A DNA stretch of 64,000 bases from Bacillota bacterium (GCA_021811325.1 JAJZPE010000002.1:10157-74156); one strand, 5' to 3'; positions 1-9,756 are shown, numbered from the stretch's first letter. Program-made: numbers and translations. The notes: generated by a model not told the origin, from the sequence alone.

Positions 1-1733
1 AACCGCCGGTGCAGTTCGTCCAGGGTGATCTTGATGACCGTCGGCCGGCCGTGCGGACACGTCAGGGGATTCGCCGTCGCCGCCAGGTCCCGCAGGAGGG
101 CGTCCATCTCCGACCGGAAGAGGGGGTTCCTGGCCTTGACCGCCGCCCGGCACGCGGCCACGGCCCGCCGCACCTGCTCGCGGGGGATTCCGGGAGCCCC
201 GTCCGCCGGCGCCTCACCGGTGATGGACTCGAGGACGTCGTGGACATCTTGGGGCCCGGACCCCTCTCCGAAAGCCATCGGGACGGCCCTGATCAACAGG
301 GACCGCGGTCCGAATGGTTCGGTCACGAAGCCGGCCGCCCGGAGGGCCTCCCGGTGCCGCTCGAAGGTCTCGCCCTCGGCCGGTGAGAGCTCGACGGTGA
401 TGGGGACGAGGAGTTCTTGGACGGGTCCCTCCCCCACCTCTCCCAGGTGGTCGTAGATTATCCGCTCATGGGCGGCGTGCTGATCGATGAGGTAGAGCCC
501 GTCCGGGCCCTCGGCCAGAAGGTAGAGCTGGTGCAACTGCCCCAAGGGCCGGAGGTCGGGCCAGTCGCGGGGGGCGACCGCCGGGCCCGCGGGGCTCTTC
601 ATCCCCACCTGGCCCTCTGTCCTCACGGAGCTCTCAGCGGGGACCACCGAGCCGGCTCCGGCGAAGCCAAGCCTGCCGGCCGCCTCGCGGACCAGCTGGG
701 GCGCGCCGGCGGCCGCTCCTCCGGCAGCGGCTTCCCGGATCATCGCCCCCCCGCGGAGGCGCTGCCCGACCACCGCCCGGACCAAGCTGTAGGCCTCGCG
801 CTCGCGGGCCAGCCGGACTTCGGTCTTGGCCGGGTGGACGTTGACATCCACCGCGTCGCCGGGGAGGTCAAGGAAGAGGACTCCGATCGGCCGGCGCCGC
901 ACCGGGAGTAGCCCCATGTAGGCGTCCTCGAAGGCCCGGCTGAGCACCGGTGACTGGACCGGACGACCGTTGATGAAGAACAGCTGCCTGGTCCGGTTGG
1001 CCCGATGGGCCTCCGGCCGACCGACGAACCCGCTCAGCCGCAGGTCGCCGTCCTCGAAGGAGAGCGGCTCCAGCCCGCCGGCGAGGTCGCGACCCCAGAC
1101 GGCCAGGAGAGCCGACAGGCGGTCCCCCCGCCCATCCGTCTGCAGGCTGACCCGCCCGCCGAGCTCGACGGCGAAGGCGATGTCCGGGTGGGCGATGGCC
1201 GCTCGAGTCACGACCTCCACCGCCGCCCCGGTCTCGGTGTCGTCCGTCCGCAGGAACTTCAGCCTGGCCGGAACGTTGTAGAAGAGGTTCCGCACCGTGA
1301 CCTGCGTCCCGGCCGGGCCGGCGGCGACCTCCGCACCCGCCAGCCGTCCGCCTTCGTAGCGGACCATCGTCGCGGCGCCCGCCCCGGCTTCCCGCGTGAC
1401 CATCTGCACCAGGGCCACCGAAGCCATGCTCGGCAGGGCTTCGCCGCGAAAGCCAAGGGTGCGGACCCCGGTCAGGTCGGCCAGCGAGCGGATCTTGCTT
1501 GTGGCGTGCCTGACGAAGGCCAGTTCGGCGTCGTCCGGAGACAGCCCGCAGCCGTCGTCGGTGACGCGAACCAGCGTCCGCCCACCGTCTTCCAGCTCCA
1601 CGCGGATGCGGTGGGCACCCGCGTCGATGGCGTTCTCGACGAGTTCCTTGACCACCGAGGCGGGGCGCTCGATGACCTCACCCGCCGCGATCTGGCTGAT
1701 CGTCTTCGGGTCCAGGAGCCGAATCCGGCCCAT
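1..1733 (-). CDS. mutL: DNA mismatch repair protein MutL (C-terminal codons run off the window start)
   Basis: Reverse-strand translation from the ATG at ~1733 gives MGRIRLLDPKTISQIAAGEVIERPASVVKELVENAIDAG..., the GHKL ATPase signature of MutL. Near the window start the same frame reads ...CPHGRPTVIKITLDELHRRF, the conserved MutL C-terminal motif. The gene starts 7 nt after the mutS stop. It is missing from the ORF track only because its stop lies beyond position 1. Confidence 0.9.
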   Translation of the reverse strand, partial: MGRIRLLDPKTISQIAAGEVIERPASVVKELVENAIDAGAHRIRVELEDGGRTLVRVTDDGCGLSPDDAELAFVRHATSKIRSLADLTGVRTLGFRGEALPSMASVALVQMVTREAGAGAATMVRYEGGRLAGAEVAAGPAGTQVTVRNLFYNVPARLKFLRTDDTETGAAVEVVTRAAIAHPDIAFAVELGGRVSLQTDGRGDRLSALLAVWGRDLAGGLEPLSFEDGDLRLSGFVGRPEAHRANRTRQLFFINGRPVQSPVLSRAFEDAYMGLLPVRRRPIGVLFLDLPGDAVDVNVHPAKTEVRLAREREAYSLVRAVVGQRLRGGAMIREAAAGGAAAGAPQLVREAAGRLGFAGAGSVVPAESSVRTEGQVGMKSPAGPAVAPRDWPDLRPLGQLHQLYLLAEGPDGLYLIDQHAAHERIIYDHLGEVGEGPVQELLVPITVELSPAEGETFERHREALRAAGFVTEPFGPRSLLIRAVPMAFGEGSGPQDVHDVLESITGEAPADGAPGIPREQVRRAVAACRAAVKARNPLFRSEMDALLRDLAATANPLTCPHGRPTVIKITLDELHRR

Positions 1734-1740
1734 GCCGCGT

Positions 1741-4386
1741 TCACCTGCCCTTCCGAGCTTTCTCTTGCAGCTCGTGGAGCTTGTTCAAGGCTTCCAGCGG
1801 CGACATCTCCATCAGCCGCAGCTGCCTGATCTCCTCCAAGAGCGGGTCGTCCCTGGTCTCGAACAGGGCGAGCTGGGTGATGTATCGGGGGCGGCGGGCG
1901 GCGGCCACCTCGCGCCGGCTCCGCCGGACCTCCTCGTCGGCCTCGATCGAGCTGAGGATGGCCTGCCCCCGCTCGACGACCTCCCGCGGCAGGCCGGCCA
2001 GACGGGCCACGTGCAAGCCGTAGCTGCGGTCGGTTCCCCCGGGGACGATCCGCCGCAGGAAGACGACCTCATCCCCCTTCTCGGCGACGGCCACCGACAG
2101 GTTGGTGACCCCGGGCACGAGACCCTCGAGTTCCGTGAGTTCGTGATAATGGGTCGCGAAGAGGGCCAACGACCCGACCCTGGCCGGGTCGGCCACGAAC
2201 TCGGCCACCGCCCAGGCGATCGACAGGCCGTCGAAGGTGCTCGTCCCGCGCCCGATCTCGTCCAGGATGACCAGGCTGTCCGGGGTGGCGTGGTGGAGGA
2301 TGTTGGCCGTCTCGACCATCTCCACCAGGAAGGTGGACTGCCCCATGGCCAGATCGTCGGTGGCCCCGACGCGGGTGAAGATCCGGTCGACCACGCCGAC
2401 CTCGGCCCGGTCCGCCGGCACGAAGCTGCCGGCCTGGGCCATCAGGACGATCAGGGCGACCTGCCGCATGTAGGTAGACTTCCCGGCCATGTTCGGGCCG
2501 GTGATGATCTGGAGGCGGCTCGCCTCCCGGTCGAGGAGGGTGTCGTTGGGGACGAAGGCCGTCTCGGTCAAGGACTGCTCGACCACCGGGTGACGCCCGG
2601 CGACGACCTCGATTCGCCCCGGCTCGCGCATCACCGGCTTGACGTAGCCATAGCGGGCGGCCGCTTCGGCCAGCGCCGAGAGGCCGTCGAGTTCGGCCAA
2701 GGCCCGGGCGTCGGCGAGGACCGCCGGGACACGCTCAGCGACCCGCGCCCGCACCTCCTGGAACAGGTCATACTCCAGCGCCGCCAGGCGCTCCTCGGCC
2801 CCCAGGACGAGAGCCTCCTTCTCCTTGAGCGCTGGGGTGACGAAACGCTCGGCGTTGACCAAGGTCTGCCGGCGCTCGTAGTCCGGCGGAACGCTGGTCA
2901 GGTTGGGCCGGGTGACCTCGATGTAATAGCCGAAGACCTTGTTGAACCCGACCTTCAGCGAGCGGATGCCGGTCCGCTCCCGCTCCCCCGCCTCGAGGGC
3001 GGCGATCCACGACTTGCCGTCCCGGCCCGCGTTGCGCAGTTCGTCCACCCTTCGGTCGTAGGCGCGACGGATGAGCCCACCGTCGCGAAGAGCCGCCGGG
3101 GCGTCGTCGTCGACGGCCCGGGCGATGAGCTCGGCCACGTCGGGCAGTGGGTCCAGGGCGGCGGCCAGCCGGGCCAGGCCGGGGCTGAGGGACTCCGCCC
3201 CACGGAGCGCCCCGATGAGCCGCGGCAGGGCCTCGAGCGACCAGCGGAGGGCCAGGAGGTCCCGGGCGTTGGCCGTGCCGTAAGCCACCCGGGCGGCCGG
3301 CCGCTCGAGGTCCCGCACCCCTTTCAGGTGCTCCCGCACATCGCTACGCAAGAAGGGCTGGTTGAGCAAGGCCTCCACGGCGTCATGGCGCTCGCGGATA
3401 GCGGTGACATCCCTCAGGGGGCGCTCGAGCCAGTCGCGGATCAGCCGCGCCCCCATGGCCGTGACCGTCAGGTCGAGGAGTTCGAGGAGCGTGCCGCGGC
3501 GGTTGCCATGGCGCAGGCTCCGGGTCAGCTCCAGGTTGCGCCGGGTGGTCGCGTCGAGGACCATGAACTGCGAGCGGTGATAGGTTGACAGGTGGGTCAG
3601 GTGGCTCAGGTCACTCCGCTGGGTCTCCCGAAGATAGGCCAGGGCTGCGCCGGCCGCGCCGACGGCCGCCGGGAGGCCGCCGCACCCGTAACCGTCGAGG
3701 GTGGCCACCCGGAAATGGCGGCGCAAGGCCTCGGCGGCGGTCGCCGGGTCGAACTCCGAGTCGGGCCGCGCGGTGACGGAAAGGCCGAGGCGCCCGCGGA
3801 CCTCGGCGGCCACCCGCGACGAGCCGGCCAGGGCTGCCGGCAGGAGGCACTCAGCCGGAGCGACCCGCCCCATCTCGTCAAGGAGGTCCTGCTCGGCGGA
3901 GGGGCCGGAGACTTGAGTGACGGAGAAGTCCCCGGTCGAGGAGTCGACGACGGCCAGCCCGTAGGCTGGCTCGCTGCCGCCTCCGGTCCGCCCCACGGCG
4001 GCGAGGAAATTGTGGCGCCGCTCGTCCAACAGCCCGGCTTCGGTCACCGTCCCCGGCGTGATGACCCGGGTCACCTCGCGCTTGACCAGGCCCTTGGCCG
4101 CCTTCGGGTCTTCCACCTGGTCGCAGAGGGCGACCTTGTAACCTTTTTCGAGGAGGCGGGCAATATAGCCCTCGGCCGAGTGGTAGGGGATGCCGGCCAT
4201 CGGTGCCCGCTGGCCGTTACCGGCGTCACGCCCGGTCAGGACGATGTCCAACTCGCGGGAGACCAACTGGGCGTCCTCGTAAAAGGTCTCGTAGAAGTCG
4301 CCCAGGCGAAAGAAGAGGACCTTGTCCCCGTGCTCGTCCTTGACCCGCCTGTACTGCTTCATCATCGGAGTGACCGGCTCGGTCAA
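1741..4386 (-). CDS. mutS: DNA mismatch repair protein MutS
   Basis: The 881-aa ORF begins MTEPVTPMMKQYRRVKDEHGDKVLFFRLGDFYETFYEDA, the canonical MutS N-terminus. A Walker A region (GPNMAGKSTYMRQ) is present. The start codon is TTG. The gene overlaps the miaB stop by 4 nt. Confidence 0.95.
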   Translation of the reverse strand: MTEPVTPMMKQYRRVKDEHGDKVLFFRLGDFYETFYEDAQLVSRELDIVLTGRDAGNGQRAPMAGIPYHSAEGYIARLLEKGYKVALCDQVEDPKAAKGLVKREVTRVITPGTVTEAGLLDERRHNFLAAVGRTGGGSEPAYGLAVVDSSTGDFSVTQVSGPSAEQDLLDEMGRVAPAECLLPAALAGSSRVAAEVRGRLGLSVTARPDSEFDPATAAEALRRHFRVATLDGYGCGGLPAAVGAAGAALAYLRETQRSDLSHLTHLSTYHRSQFMVLDATTRRNLELTRSLRHGNRRGTLLELLDLTVTAMGARLIRDWLERPLRDVTAIRERHDAVEALLNQPFLRSDVREHLKGVRDLERPAARVAYGTANARDLLALRWSLEALPRLIGALRGAESLSPGLARLAAALDPLPDVAELIARAVDDDAPAALRDGGLIRRAYDRRVDELRNAGRDGKSWIAALEAGERERTGIRSLKVGFNKVFGYYIEVTRPNLTSVPPDYERRQTLVNAERFVTPALKEKEALVLGAEERLAALEYDLFQEVRARVAERVPAVLADARALAELDGLSALAEAAARYGYVKPVMREPGRIEVVAGRHPVVEQSLTETAFVPNDTLLDREASRLQIITGPNMAGKSTYMRQVALIVLMAQAGSFVPADRAEVGVVDRIFTRVGATDDLAMGQSTFLVEMVETANILHHATPDSLVILDEIGRGTSTFDGLSIAWAVAEFVADPARVGSLALFATHYHELTELEGLVPGVTNLSVAVAEKGDEVVFLRRIVPGGTDRSYGLHVARLAGLPREVVERGQAILSSIEADEEVRRSRREVAAARRPRYITQLALFETRDDPLLEEIRQLRLMEMSPLEALNKLHELQEKARKGR

Positions 4387-5708
4387 GGAATCACCTCCCC
4401 GTGCAGGGCCCAGGTGCCGGCCCGGACGACCCGCACATTGACCAGCTTCCCGCGGTCCCCTTGGCTACCAGCGAAGAGGACGAGCTTGTTCGTCCGCGTC
4501 CGACCCTCGGCCTTCCCGGGGTTCTTCGGACTGGCCCCCTCGACCAGCACCTCGACGGAGCGGCCGAGTTCCTTCTGGTTCTCCTCGCGGGTGATGCCGT
4601 TCTGCAGGGCGATCAGCCGGGCGATGCGTTCCTTCTTGACCTCCTCAGCCACCTGCTCCGGGAAGGCGGCCGCGGGGGTGCCCGCGCGAGGCGAGTAGAC
4701 GAAGGTGAAGGCGGCGTCGAAGCGAACATCAGATACAAGGTCAAGGGTCTGCCGGAAGTCGGCCTCCGTCTCTCCGGGGAACCCGACGATGATGTCGGTC
4801 GTCACGGCGACGCCCGGCACGGCCTGGCGGACCCGGGCGACCACGTCGCGGTAGCGGGCGGCGGTGTAGCCCCGGTTCATCAACTCGAGGATGGCGTCGC
4901 TGCCCGACTGGACCGGCAGGTGGACATGCTCGCAGACCTTGCCGCAGGAGGCGATGGCTTCGATGACCTCCAGGCCGAAGTCCCTGGGGTGCGAGGTCAT
5001 GTAACGGACGCGCCAGAGCCCGTCGATGTCGTTGACCCGCCTCAGGAGCCGGGCGAAGCCGGCGCCGCCCGCGGCCTCATCGAAGTCCCGCCCGTAAGAG
5101 TTGACGTTCTGGCCGAGGAGGGTGACCTCGCGGCAGCCCGCGGCGACGAGGCTCTCGACCTCGCCCACGACCGCCTCGGGCCGGCGACTTCTCTCCCGCC
5201 CCCGGACGTAAGGCACGATGCAGTACGAGCAGTAGTTGTCACAGCCGTGAGTGATGGTCACCCAGGCCTTCAGGTCGTCGCCGGGCCTACGCGGGAGTCC
5301 CTCGACGATCTCCCCCTCTTCCCCGCTGACGGCGACCACCGGGCGCCGTTCCTCGATCACCTCGCGGAGAAGGGTGGGAAACTCGTCCAGGTTGTGGGTG
5401 CCGAAGACCAGGTCGACGTGGGGGGCGCGGCGCCGGACCTCGTTGGCCGCCCCTTCCCTCTGGGGCATGCAGCCGCAGACCCCGATGACCATCCCCGGGC
5501 GGCCCGCCTTCAACCGCTTGAGCTCGCCGAGGCGCCCGTAGACCCGGGTCTCTGCGGTCTCCCTGACGGTGCAGGTGTTCAGGACGACGACGTCGGCGTC
5601 CTGGGGGTCGCCGGACGGCTCATAGCCCATCTCCTCGAGCATGCCGGCCAGCCGCTCGGAGTCGTGCTCGTTCATCTGGCAACCGAAGGTCATCACGTGG
5701 TACCTCAA
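4383..5708 (-). CDS. miaB: tRNA-i6A37 methylthiotransferase MiaB
   Basis: MRYHVMTFGCQMNEHDSERLAGML... matches the MiaB N-terminus. A radical-SAM CxxxCxxC motif (CDNYCSYC) and a C-terminal TRAM domain are present. The start codon is TTG. Gene order matches the Firmicutes ymcB(miaB)-mutS-mutL arrangement. Confidence 0.92.
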   Translation of the reverse strand: MRYHVMTFGCQMNEHDSERLAGMLEEMGYEPSGDPQDADVVVLNTCTVRETAETRVYGRLGELKRLKAGRPGMVIGVCGCMPQREGAANEVRRRAPHVDLVFGTHNLDEFPTLLREVIEERRPVVAVSGEEGEIVEGLPRRPGDDLKAWVTITHGCDNYCSYCIVPYVRGRERSRRPEAVVGEVESLVAAGCREVTLLGQNVNSYGRDFDEAAGGAGFARLLRRVNDIDGLWRVRYMTSHPRDFGLEVIEAIASCGKVCEHVHLPVQSGSDAILELMNRGYTAARYRDVVARVRQAVPGVAVTTDIIVGFPGETEADFRQTLDLVSDVRFDAAFTFVYSPRAGTPAAAFPEQVAEEVKKERIARLIALQNGITREENQKELGRSVEVLVEGASPKNPGKAEGRTRTNKLVLFAGSQGDRGKLVNVRVVRAGTWALHGEVIP

Positions 5709-5756
5709 CGGTCATCCACCGGTCCTTCCAGGCCGGACCCCAAGGAGGTCACGACT

Positions 5757-6401
5757 TTGTCCCCCAGCGACGTCCCGACCGGGCCAGCCCCGGTCAACCC
5801 GGTCCTCGAGGTCATCCGCCGGCGCCGGAGCATCCGGGCCTACCTGGACCGTCAGGTCCCCGAGGAGGCTCTGGAGGCCGTGCTCGAGGCCGCCCGCTGG
5901 GCCCCCAGCGCTGTCAACTCCCAGCCCTGGCAGTTCGTCGTGGTGACCGACCCGGACCGCCGGCGACTCCTCGGGGAAATCGCCCGTTTCTACTTCCTGC
6001 GCTATCGCCACGTGGGCAGCGCCCCGGCGATCATCGCGGTCCTCGGACGCCCGACGGCCAACCGCTGGTACCAGATCGACTGTGCCCTCGCGGCCGCCAA
6101 CATCATGCTCGCCGCCGAGAGCCTGGGTCTGGGCACCTGCTATGTGGGCGGGTTCTCAGTGCCCGCCGCCCGCCGTATCCTGGGGGTGCCGCCGGCGCTC
6201 GACGTCGTCGGGCTGATCACCCTGGGCTACCCGGCCGAGCGGCCGGAACCGCCGCCGCGGCTCGGGCTGGATGAGTTCGTCCACCGCGAGGTCTACAACC
6301 CGCGACGGGCGCCGACGCTGTCCAGACGCCTCGGCCGTAGCGGCCTCTTCTCCTTGCGGAAGAGGCTCCGGGCCTGGCTCAGCCCGCGGCGCCGGTCCTG
6401 A
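5757..6401 (+). CDS. Nitroreductase family protein (FMN-dependent)
   Basis: The C-terminal 214 aa of the long track ORF 4401..6401 carry the nitroreductase fold motifs: RRSIRAYLDRQVPEEALEAVLEAARWAPSAVNSQPWQFVVV...CALAAANIMLAAESLGLGTCYVGGF. An in-frame TTG at 5757 lies 8 nt after AGGAGG (5743-5748). The upstream part of the track ORF is antisense to miaB and is spurious. Confidence 0.75.
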   Translation: MSPSDVPTGPAPVNPVLEVIRRRRSIRAYLDRQVPEEALEAVLEAARWAPSAVNSQPWQFVVVTDPDRRRLLGEIARFYFLRYRHVGSAPAIIAVLGRPTANRWYQIDCALAAANIMLAAESLGLGTCYVGGFSVPAARRILGVPPALDVVGLITLGYPAERPEPPPRLGLDEFVHREVYNPRRAPTLSRRLGRSGLFSLRKRLRAWLSPRRRS

Positions 6402-6732
6402 CCCGGCGCGGTCGATGCCCCCCCCCGTAGAACACGCTGGCCTTGCCGGCCGCCGCAGCCACGGCCCCGAGGACCGCGGGGTTCCCGTAGGCCCCGCGGG
6501 GACGAAGAAACAACACGGCCCGAGGACGACTGCCTCGGGCGCGGTCACCTCGAGGACCGCGGGGGCGGGGCCCATGCAGGCTGCGGCGCTCGGACTTAGT
6601 TTTTCGACCGCCCCGCGGCTTTATCCTGCGCCTCCGCCCCCCCACGAGGAGGATTTCCCCGCCTGCAGGGCTAATCTAGTCGTAAGGCCCTCAGGCAGCG
6701 GCGACGCACCCGATACAAGGGAGGAACTTGAG

Positions 6733-7356
6733 ATGTTCGTACGCGACGAAATGACCGCCCACAGCGTCTCGGTCAAACCGAACGACCCGCTCCGTAAGGC
6801 CCTTGACCTGATGCAGGCCGACAACTTCGAGGGCCTTCCGGTGCAGGAAGCCGAGCACGTGGTCGGGGTCATCACGATGTGGGACCTATTGATGCGCTCG
6901 GTCGGCAAGGAACCCACGTACATCGACCAGACCAAGGTTGGCGAGGTGATGAGCACAAAGGTCTTCACCGTCAACCGGGATGAGATCATCGAAGAGGCCG
7001 CCTACCTGATGCACAAGCACGACCTGGACATCCTGCCGGTGGTTGACGAGCAAGAGCGCGCAGTCGGCGTCATCACCGAGTCCGACCTCTTCCGGGTCTT
7101 CGTCAAGATGCTTGGGCTGAAGGAGCGCGGGAGCCGCGTTACCCTGGTGATCGAGGACCGGGTCGGCCAGATCGCCGAGATCACCCGGATCGTCAAAGAC
7201 AACGGGGTCAGCATCGCCAGCATCGCCACCATGGAGCCCCGCCACCACTTCATGAACGTCGTCCTCCGCCTGCGCACGACCGAGGCCAAGAAGGTCGTCG
7301 ACGACCTCCGGAAGGCCGGGTTCAAGGTCCTCCACGTCTCGCAAGTGTGGGAGTAG
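6733..7356 (+). CDS. CBS-pair plus ACT domain protein (AcuB-like)
   Basis: An ATG at 6733 follows AAGGGAGGAA. The 207-aa product has two CBS motifs (VVGVITMWDLL; AVGVITESDLFRVF) and a C-terminal ACT-like region (VTLVIEDRVGQIAEITRIV). The remaining 5' part of the track ORF 6271..7356 is GC-rich non-coding-looking sequence. Confidence 0.7.
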   Translation: MFVRDEMTAHSVSVKPNDPLRKALDLMQADNFEGLPVQEAEHVVGVITMWDLLMRSVGKEPTYIDQTKVGEVMSTKVFTVNRDEIIEEAAYLMHKHDLDILPVVDEQERAVGVITESDLFRVFVKMLGLKERGSRVTLVIEDRVGQIAEITRIVKDNGVSIASIATMEPRHHFMNVVLRLRTTEAKKVVDDLRKAGFKVLHVSQVWE

Positions 7357-7455
7357 AGGCCCGGACGGCGACCGCGGCCCGCGGCCGGCTAAGAAACCCA
7401 GGGGACCGGGCAAGGGGAACGGCCAACAAGAGAACGCCTTGGTGAACGTAATAGA

Positions 7456-7486
7456 AGGGAGCCCTCACGGGCTCCCTTGGCTTTTG
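7456..7486 (+). terminator. Rho-independent terminator after the CBS/ACT gene
   Basis: Hairpin AAGGGAGCCC-tcac-GGGCTCCCTT followed by GGCTTTTGC. Confidence 0.5.
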
Positions 7487-7542
7487 CACGGCTGTCGCGA
7501 CAACGGCCCGAGCGACCCGGGCCGGGCCCGCCCGGCCGCCCT

Positions 7543-8100
7543 TCAAAACTCCCACAGTCTGGCCCAGAACGACTTCTTGCGGTCCCGCCGGCTCCTCTGC
7601 GTCGTCAACTCGTAGCGGAGCGACTGAACCTCCTGCTGCGTCCGCAAGAGGGTGTTGAGCAGGCGCTCACGCTCCTCCCGCTGCCTTTCTTCCATCGTCT
7701 CGAAGTGCCGCACGAGCTCGGAGATCTTCCCCATCAGCCCGGTCATGTCGCTGAGGTCTGCGTCGTAGACGGCGGGCACCTCGGGCACCGGGGTGGGCGT
7801 GCTGAAGGCGATCACCGCGGACCGCGAACCGGCCGCCGCCTCGGCCGTGGCGAGCTGGGCCGAGTCGAGAGCGGCCTTGACCTCCTCGTCGCCCTTGCCA
7901 CTGTTGCGCAACTCCAGGATCTGCTGGAGCCGCTCGTAGGCGGCCACCGTCAGGTGTCTGGCCGGGACGTCCATACCCGCCTGCGCCGCCGCCAGTTGCT
8001 CTTCGAAGTCGGCCAGCAACGTTCGGAACACCCGCGGCGTCAGGTTCAGCAGCACGCAGGCTTCTTCAAAAGAGACGAACTCCTTGAGCCCACCGACCAT
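7543..8100 (-). CDS. Hypothetical protein with N-terminal HTH-like segment and C-terminal coiled coil
   Basis: The 185-aa ORF has GC3-rich codon usage. Its N-terminus (FVSFEEACVLLNLTPRVFRTLL) resembles excisionase/MerR-type helix-turn-helix. Its C-terminus (EERQREERERLLNTLLRTQQEVQSLRYELT) is a predicted coiled coil. It is divergent from spoIIP. Confidence 0.45.
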   Translation of the reverse strand: MVGGLKEFVSFEEACVLLNLTPRVFRTLLADFEEQLAAAQAGMDVPARHLTVAAYERLQQILELRNSGKGDEEVKAALDSAQLATAEAAAGSRSAVIAFSTPTPVPEVPAVYDADLSDMTGLMGKISELVRHFETMEERQREERERLLNTLLRTQQEVQSLRYELTTQRSRRDRKKSFWARLWEF

Positions 8101-8307
8101 CTTCAGGCCCCCCTGCCGGTCTTCCCCGTCGCCACTGCCCCCGGCGGCCCCGGTTAGAGCAGGATTTTCTACATCTGCAACGTCGTTTCCTGCTCGCCGA
8201 ATAGCCCCGCCGAGCGCCCGGGAAACTACCGTTGCGGCCTCATTCGAGGCCCCCCTCCCACTTCAGGCTCCGGCCGGCCAATCCATCCATCGCATTGGAG
8301 GCCTTCC

Positions 8308-9210
8308 ATGAAAGCGCGTCCACGTCTGGTCCTCCTCAGTCTGGCGGCGGCCGTAAGCGTGGCCACGGCGATCTACTGCGGCGTCACCTACGGGCCATGG
8401 TCCTCCGGGCCGGGCGTGGAAGGCGAGAGGACGCGAGGCTTCACCACCATCCTCAGTGAGGACCGTCAGGTGCTGCTTCGGACCGGTCTGGCCGTCTCCG
8501 CCGGGGACGAACTCATCCATGGCGCCGAGAACGCCCACTACATCATATTCAGGGTCCTCGGCCGGACGGCCGTAGCCCGCCTGGCGGCGCCGGTGCAGGC
8601 CACGACCAATGACCCACCGGCCACGGGGTCCAAGGCTATCGTCATCTATCACACCCATTCAGACGAGTCATACACCCCTGAGGATGGCACGCCGGTGATC
8701 CCCGGCAACGGGAGCATCTTCGAGGTCGGGATGACCTTCTCCGAAGCCCTGCGCGGCGAGGGCTTCGTCGTCGTCGTCGACCCGACCAGGCACGACCCCC
8801 ATGACAACCAGGCCTATATCCGTTCTCGGCGGACCGTCTTTCAGGACATCCAGATGTACAGCCCGTTCGCCGTCTTCGACCTCCACCGCGACTCCGCCCC
8901 GGCCTCCGACTACCTCATCAACATCGGCGGCCAGCAGGTCCAGGAGATCATGATCGTCGTCGGCCGGCAGAACCCGACCATGGCCGCCAACCTCTTCGTG
9001 GCCAAGCAACTCAAGGCGACCGCCGACACGCTCTACCCGGGGCTGGTCAAGGCCATCTTCATGGGCCACGGCAACTACAACCAGGACCTGATGGCCGCGG
9101 CCCTGCTGATCGAGTTCGGGACCGAGACCGCCCCCCGGGCCGCCGCCAACCAGTCGGCCAAGTTGATGGCCGACGTCGTCGCCCAGACCTTCAACCCCAC
9201 GGCGCCATGA
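8308..9210 (+). CDS. spoIIP: Stage II sporulation protein P (SpoIIP)-like
   Basis: It has a signal/TM N-terminus (MKARPRLVLLSLAAAVSVATAIY). It carries the SpoIIP hallmark motif IVIYHTHSDESYTP and a downstream amidase-like region (VVVVDPTRHD...FDLHRD). Its length is 300 aa. Confidence 0.72.
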   Translation: MKARPRLVLLSLAAAVSVATAIYCGVTYGPWSSGPGVEGERTRGFTTILSEDRQVLLRTGLAVSAGDELIHGAENAHYIIFRVLGRTAVARLAAPVQATTNDPPATGSKAIVIYHTHSDESYTPEDGTPVIPGNGSIFEVGMTFSEALRGEGFVVVVDPTRHDPHDNQAYIRSRRTVFQDIQMYSPFAVFDLHRDSAPASDYLINIGGQQVQEIMIVVGRQNPTMAANLFVAKQLKATADTLYPGLVKAIFMGHGNYNQDLMAAALLIEFGTETAPRAAANQSAKLMADVVAQTFNPTAP

Positions 9211-9315
9211 ACCCTCAGCGGCCGGTCACGCCCTTCGAGACGCACCCGCGACAGGCGTCGACACGGCGCAAGAAAGCGACACCCGGTCGTCGCCGGAAGC
9301 CGTTGAAGATTGTTC

Positions 9316-9348
9316 TAGCATTGGTTTTCTTCTCTCGGCCATAATATA
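9316..9348 (+). promoter_or_regulatory. Putative forespore (sigmaG/sigmaF-type) promoter for the SASP gene
   Basis: A -35-like GCATT (9318-9322) is followed by a 17-nt spacer and a -10-like CATAATA (9340-9346). This fits the sigmaG consensus GHATR-N17/18-CATxxTA. It lies ~35 nt upstream of the SASP start. Confidence 0.35.
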
Positions 9349-9379
9349 TCGTGACGTCACAGGCCCGGAGGTGAAAACC

Positions 9380-9718
9380 ATGCCGAATGAAAACCGCGAC
9401 CTGCTCGTCCCGCAATCCGGCCAGGCCCTCGAGAACCTGAAGCTCGAGGTGGCCAACGAGGTGGGAGTCGCCCAGAAGGCCGGGGTGACCGGTGGTCTTA
9501 CCGGCCAGAGCTATGAACAGGTCCTTGACCGCTACAAATGGGAAGTGGCCTCGGAACTGGGCATCCAGAACGAGATCAACCGCCGCGGATGGGCGGACAT
9601 GCCGAGCAAGCTGTGTGGCCAAGTCGGCGGCCGCGTCGGAGGGGCCATCGGCGGCCAAATGGTCAAGCGGATGATCACCCTTGCCGAGCAGCAACTCGGC
9701 CGGGACAGGCCAGGCTGA
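9380..9718 (+). CDS. ssp: Small acid-soluble spore protein, alpha/beta type (atypically long, internal helix duplication)
   Basis: MPNENRDLLVPQSGQALENLKLEVANEVGV ... GGQMVKRMITLAEQQLG matches alpha/beta-SASP conserved blocks (LLVPGAxxALDQMKYEIAxEFGV ... GGEITKRLVxLAEQQL). A ~35-aa insert (YEQVLDRYKWEVASELGI) repeats helix 1. The ATG at 9380 is preferred over the track GTG at 9371 because of spacing from GGAGGTG. Confidence 0.8.
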   Translation: MPNENRDLLVPQSGQALENLKLEVANEVGVAQKAGVTGGLTGQSYEQVLDRYKWEVASELGIQNEINRRGWADMPSKLCGQVGGRVGGAIGGQMVKRMITLAEQQLGRDRPG

Positions 9719-9756
9719 CCGGGACGGCCCGGACGGCAAGACCCAGTAAAGGCAAC

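Noticed and set aside
1396-3588. 730-aa plus-strand ORF
   Set aside because: It is entirely antisense to mutS. Its composition is Pro/Arg/Gly-rich, typical of shadow ORFs in 70% GC DNA, whereas the mutS frame has clear homology.
4401-5756. 5' two-thirds of the 666-aa plus-strand ORF 4401..6401
   Set aside because: It is antisense to miaB. Only the C-terminal 214 codons (nitroreductase) show homology and have an RBS plus an in-frame TTG.
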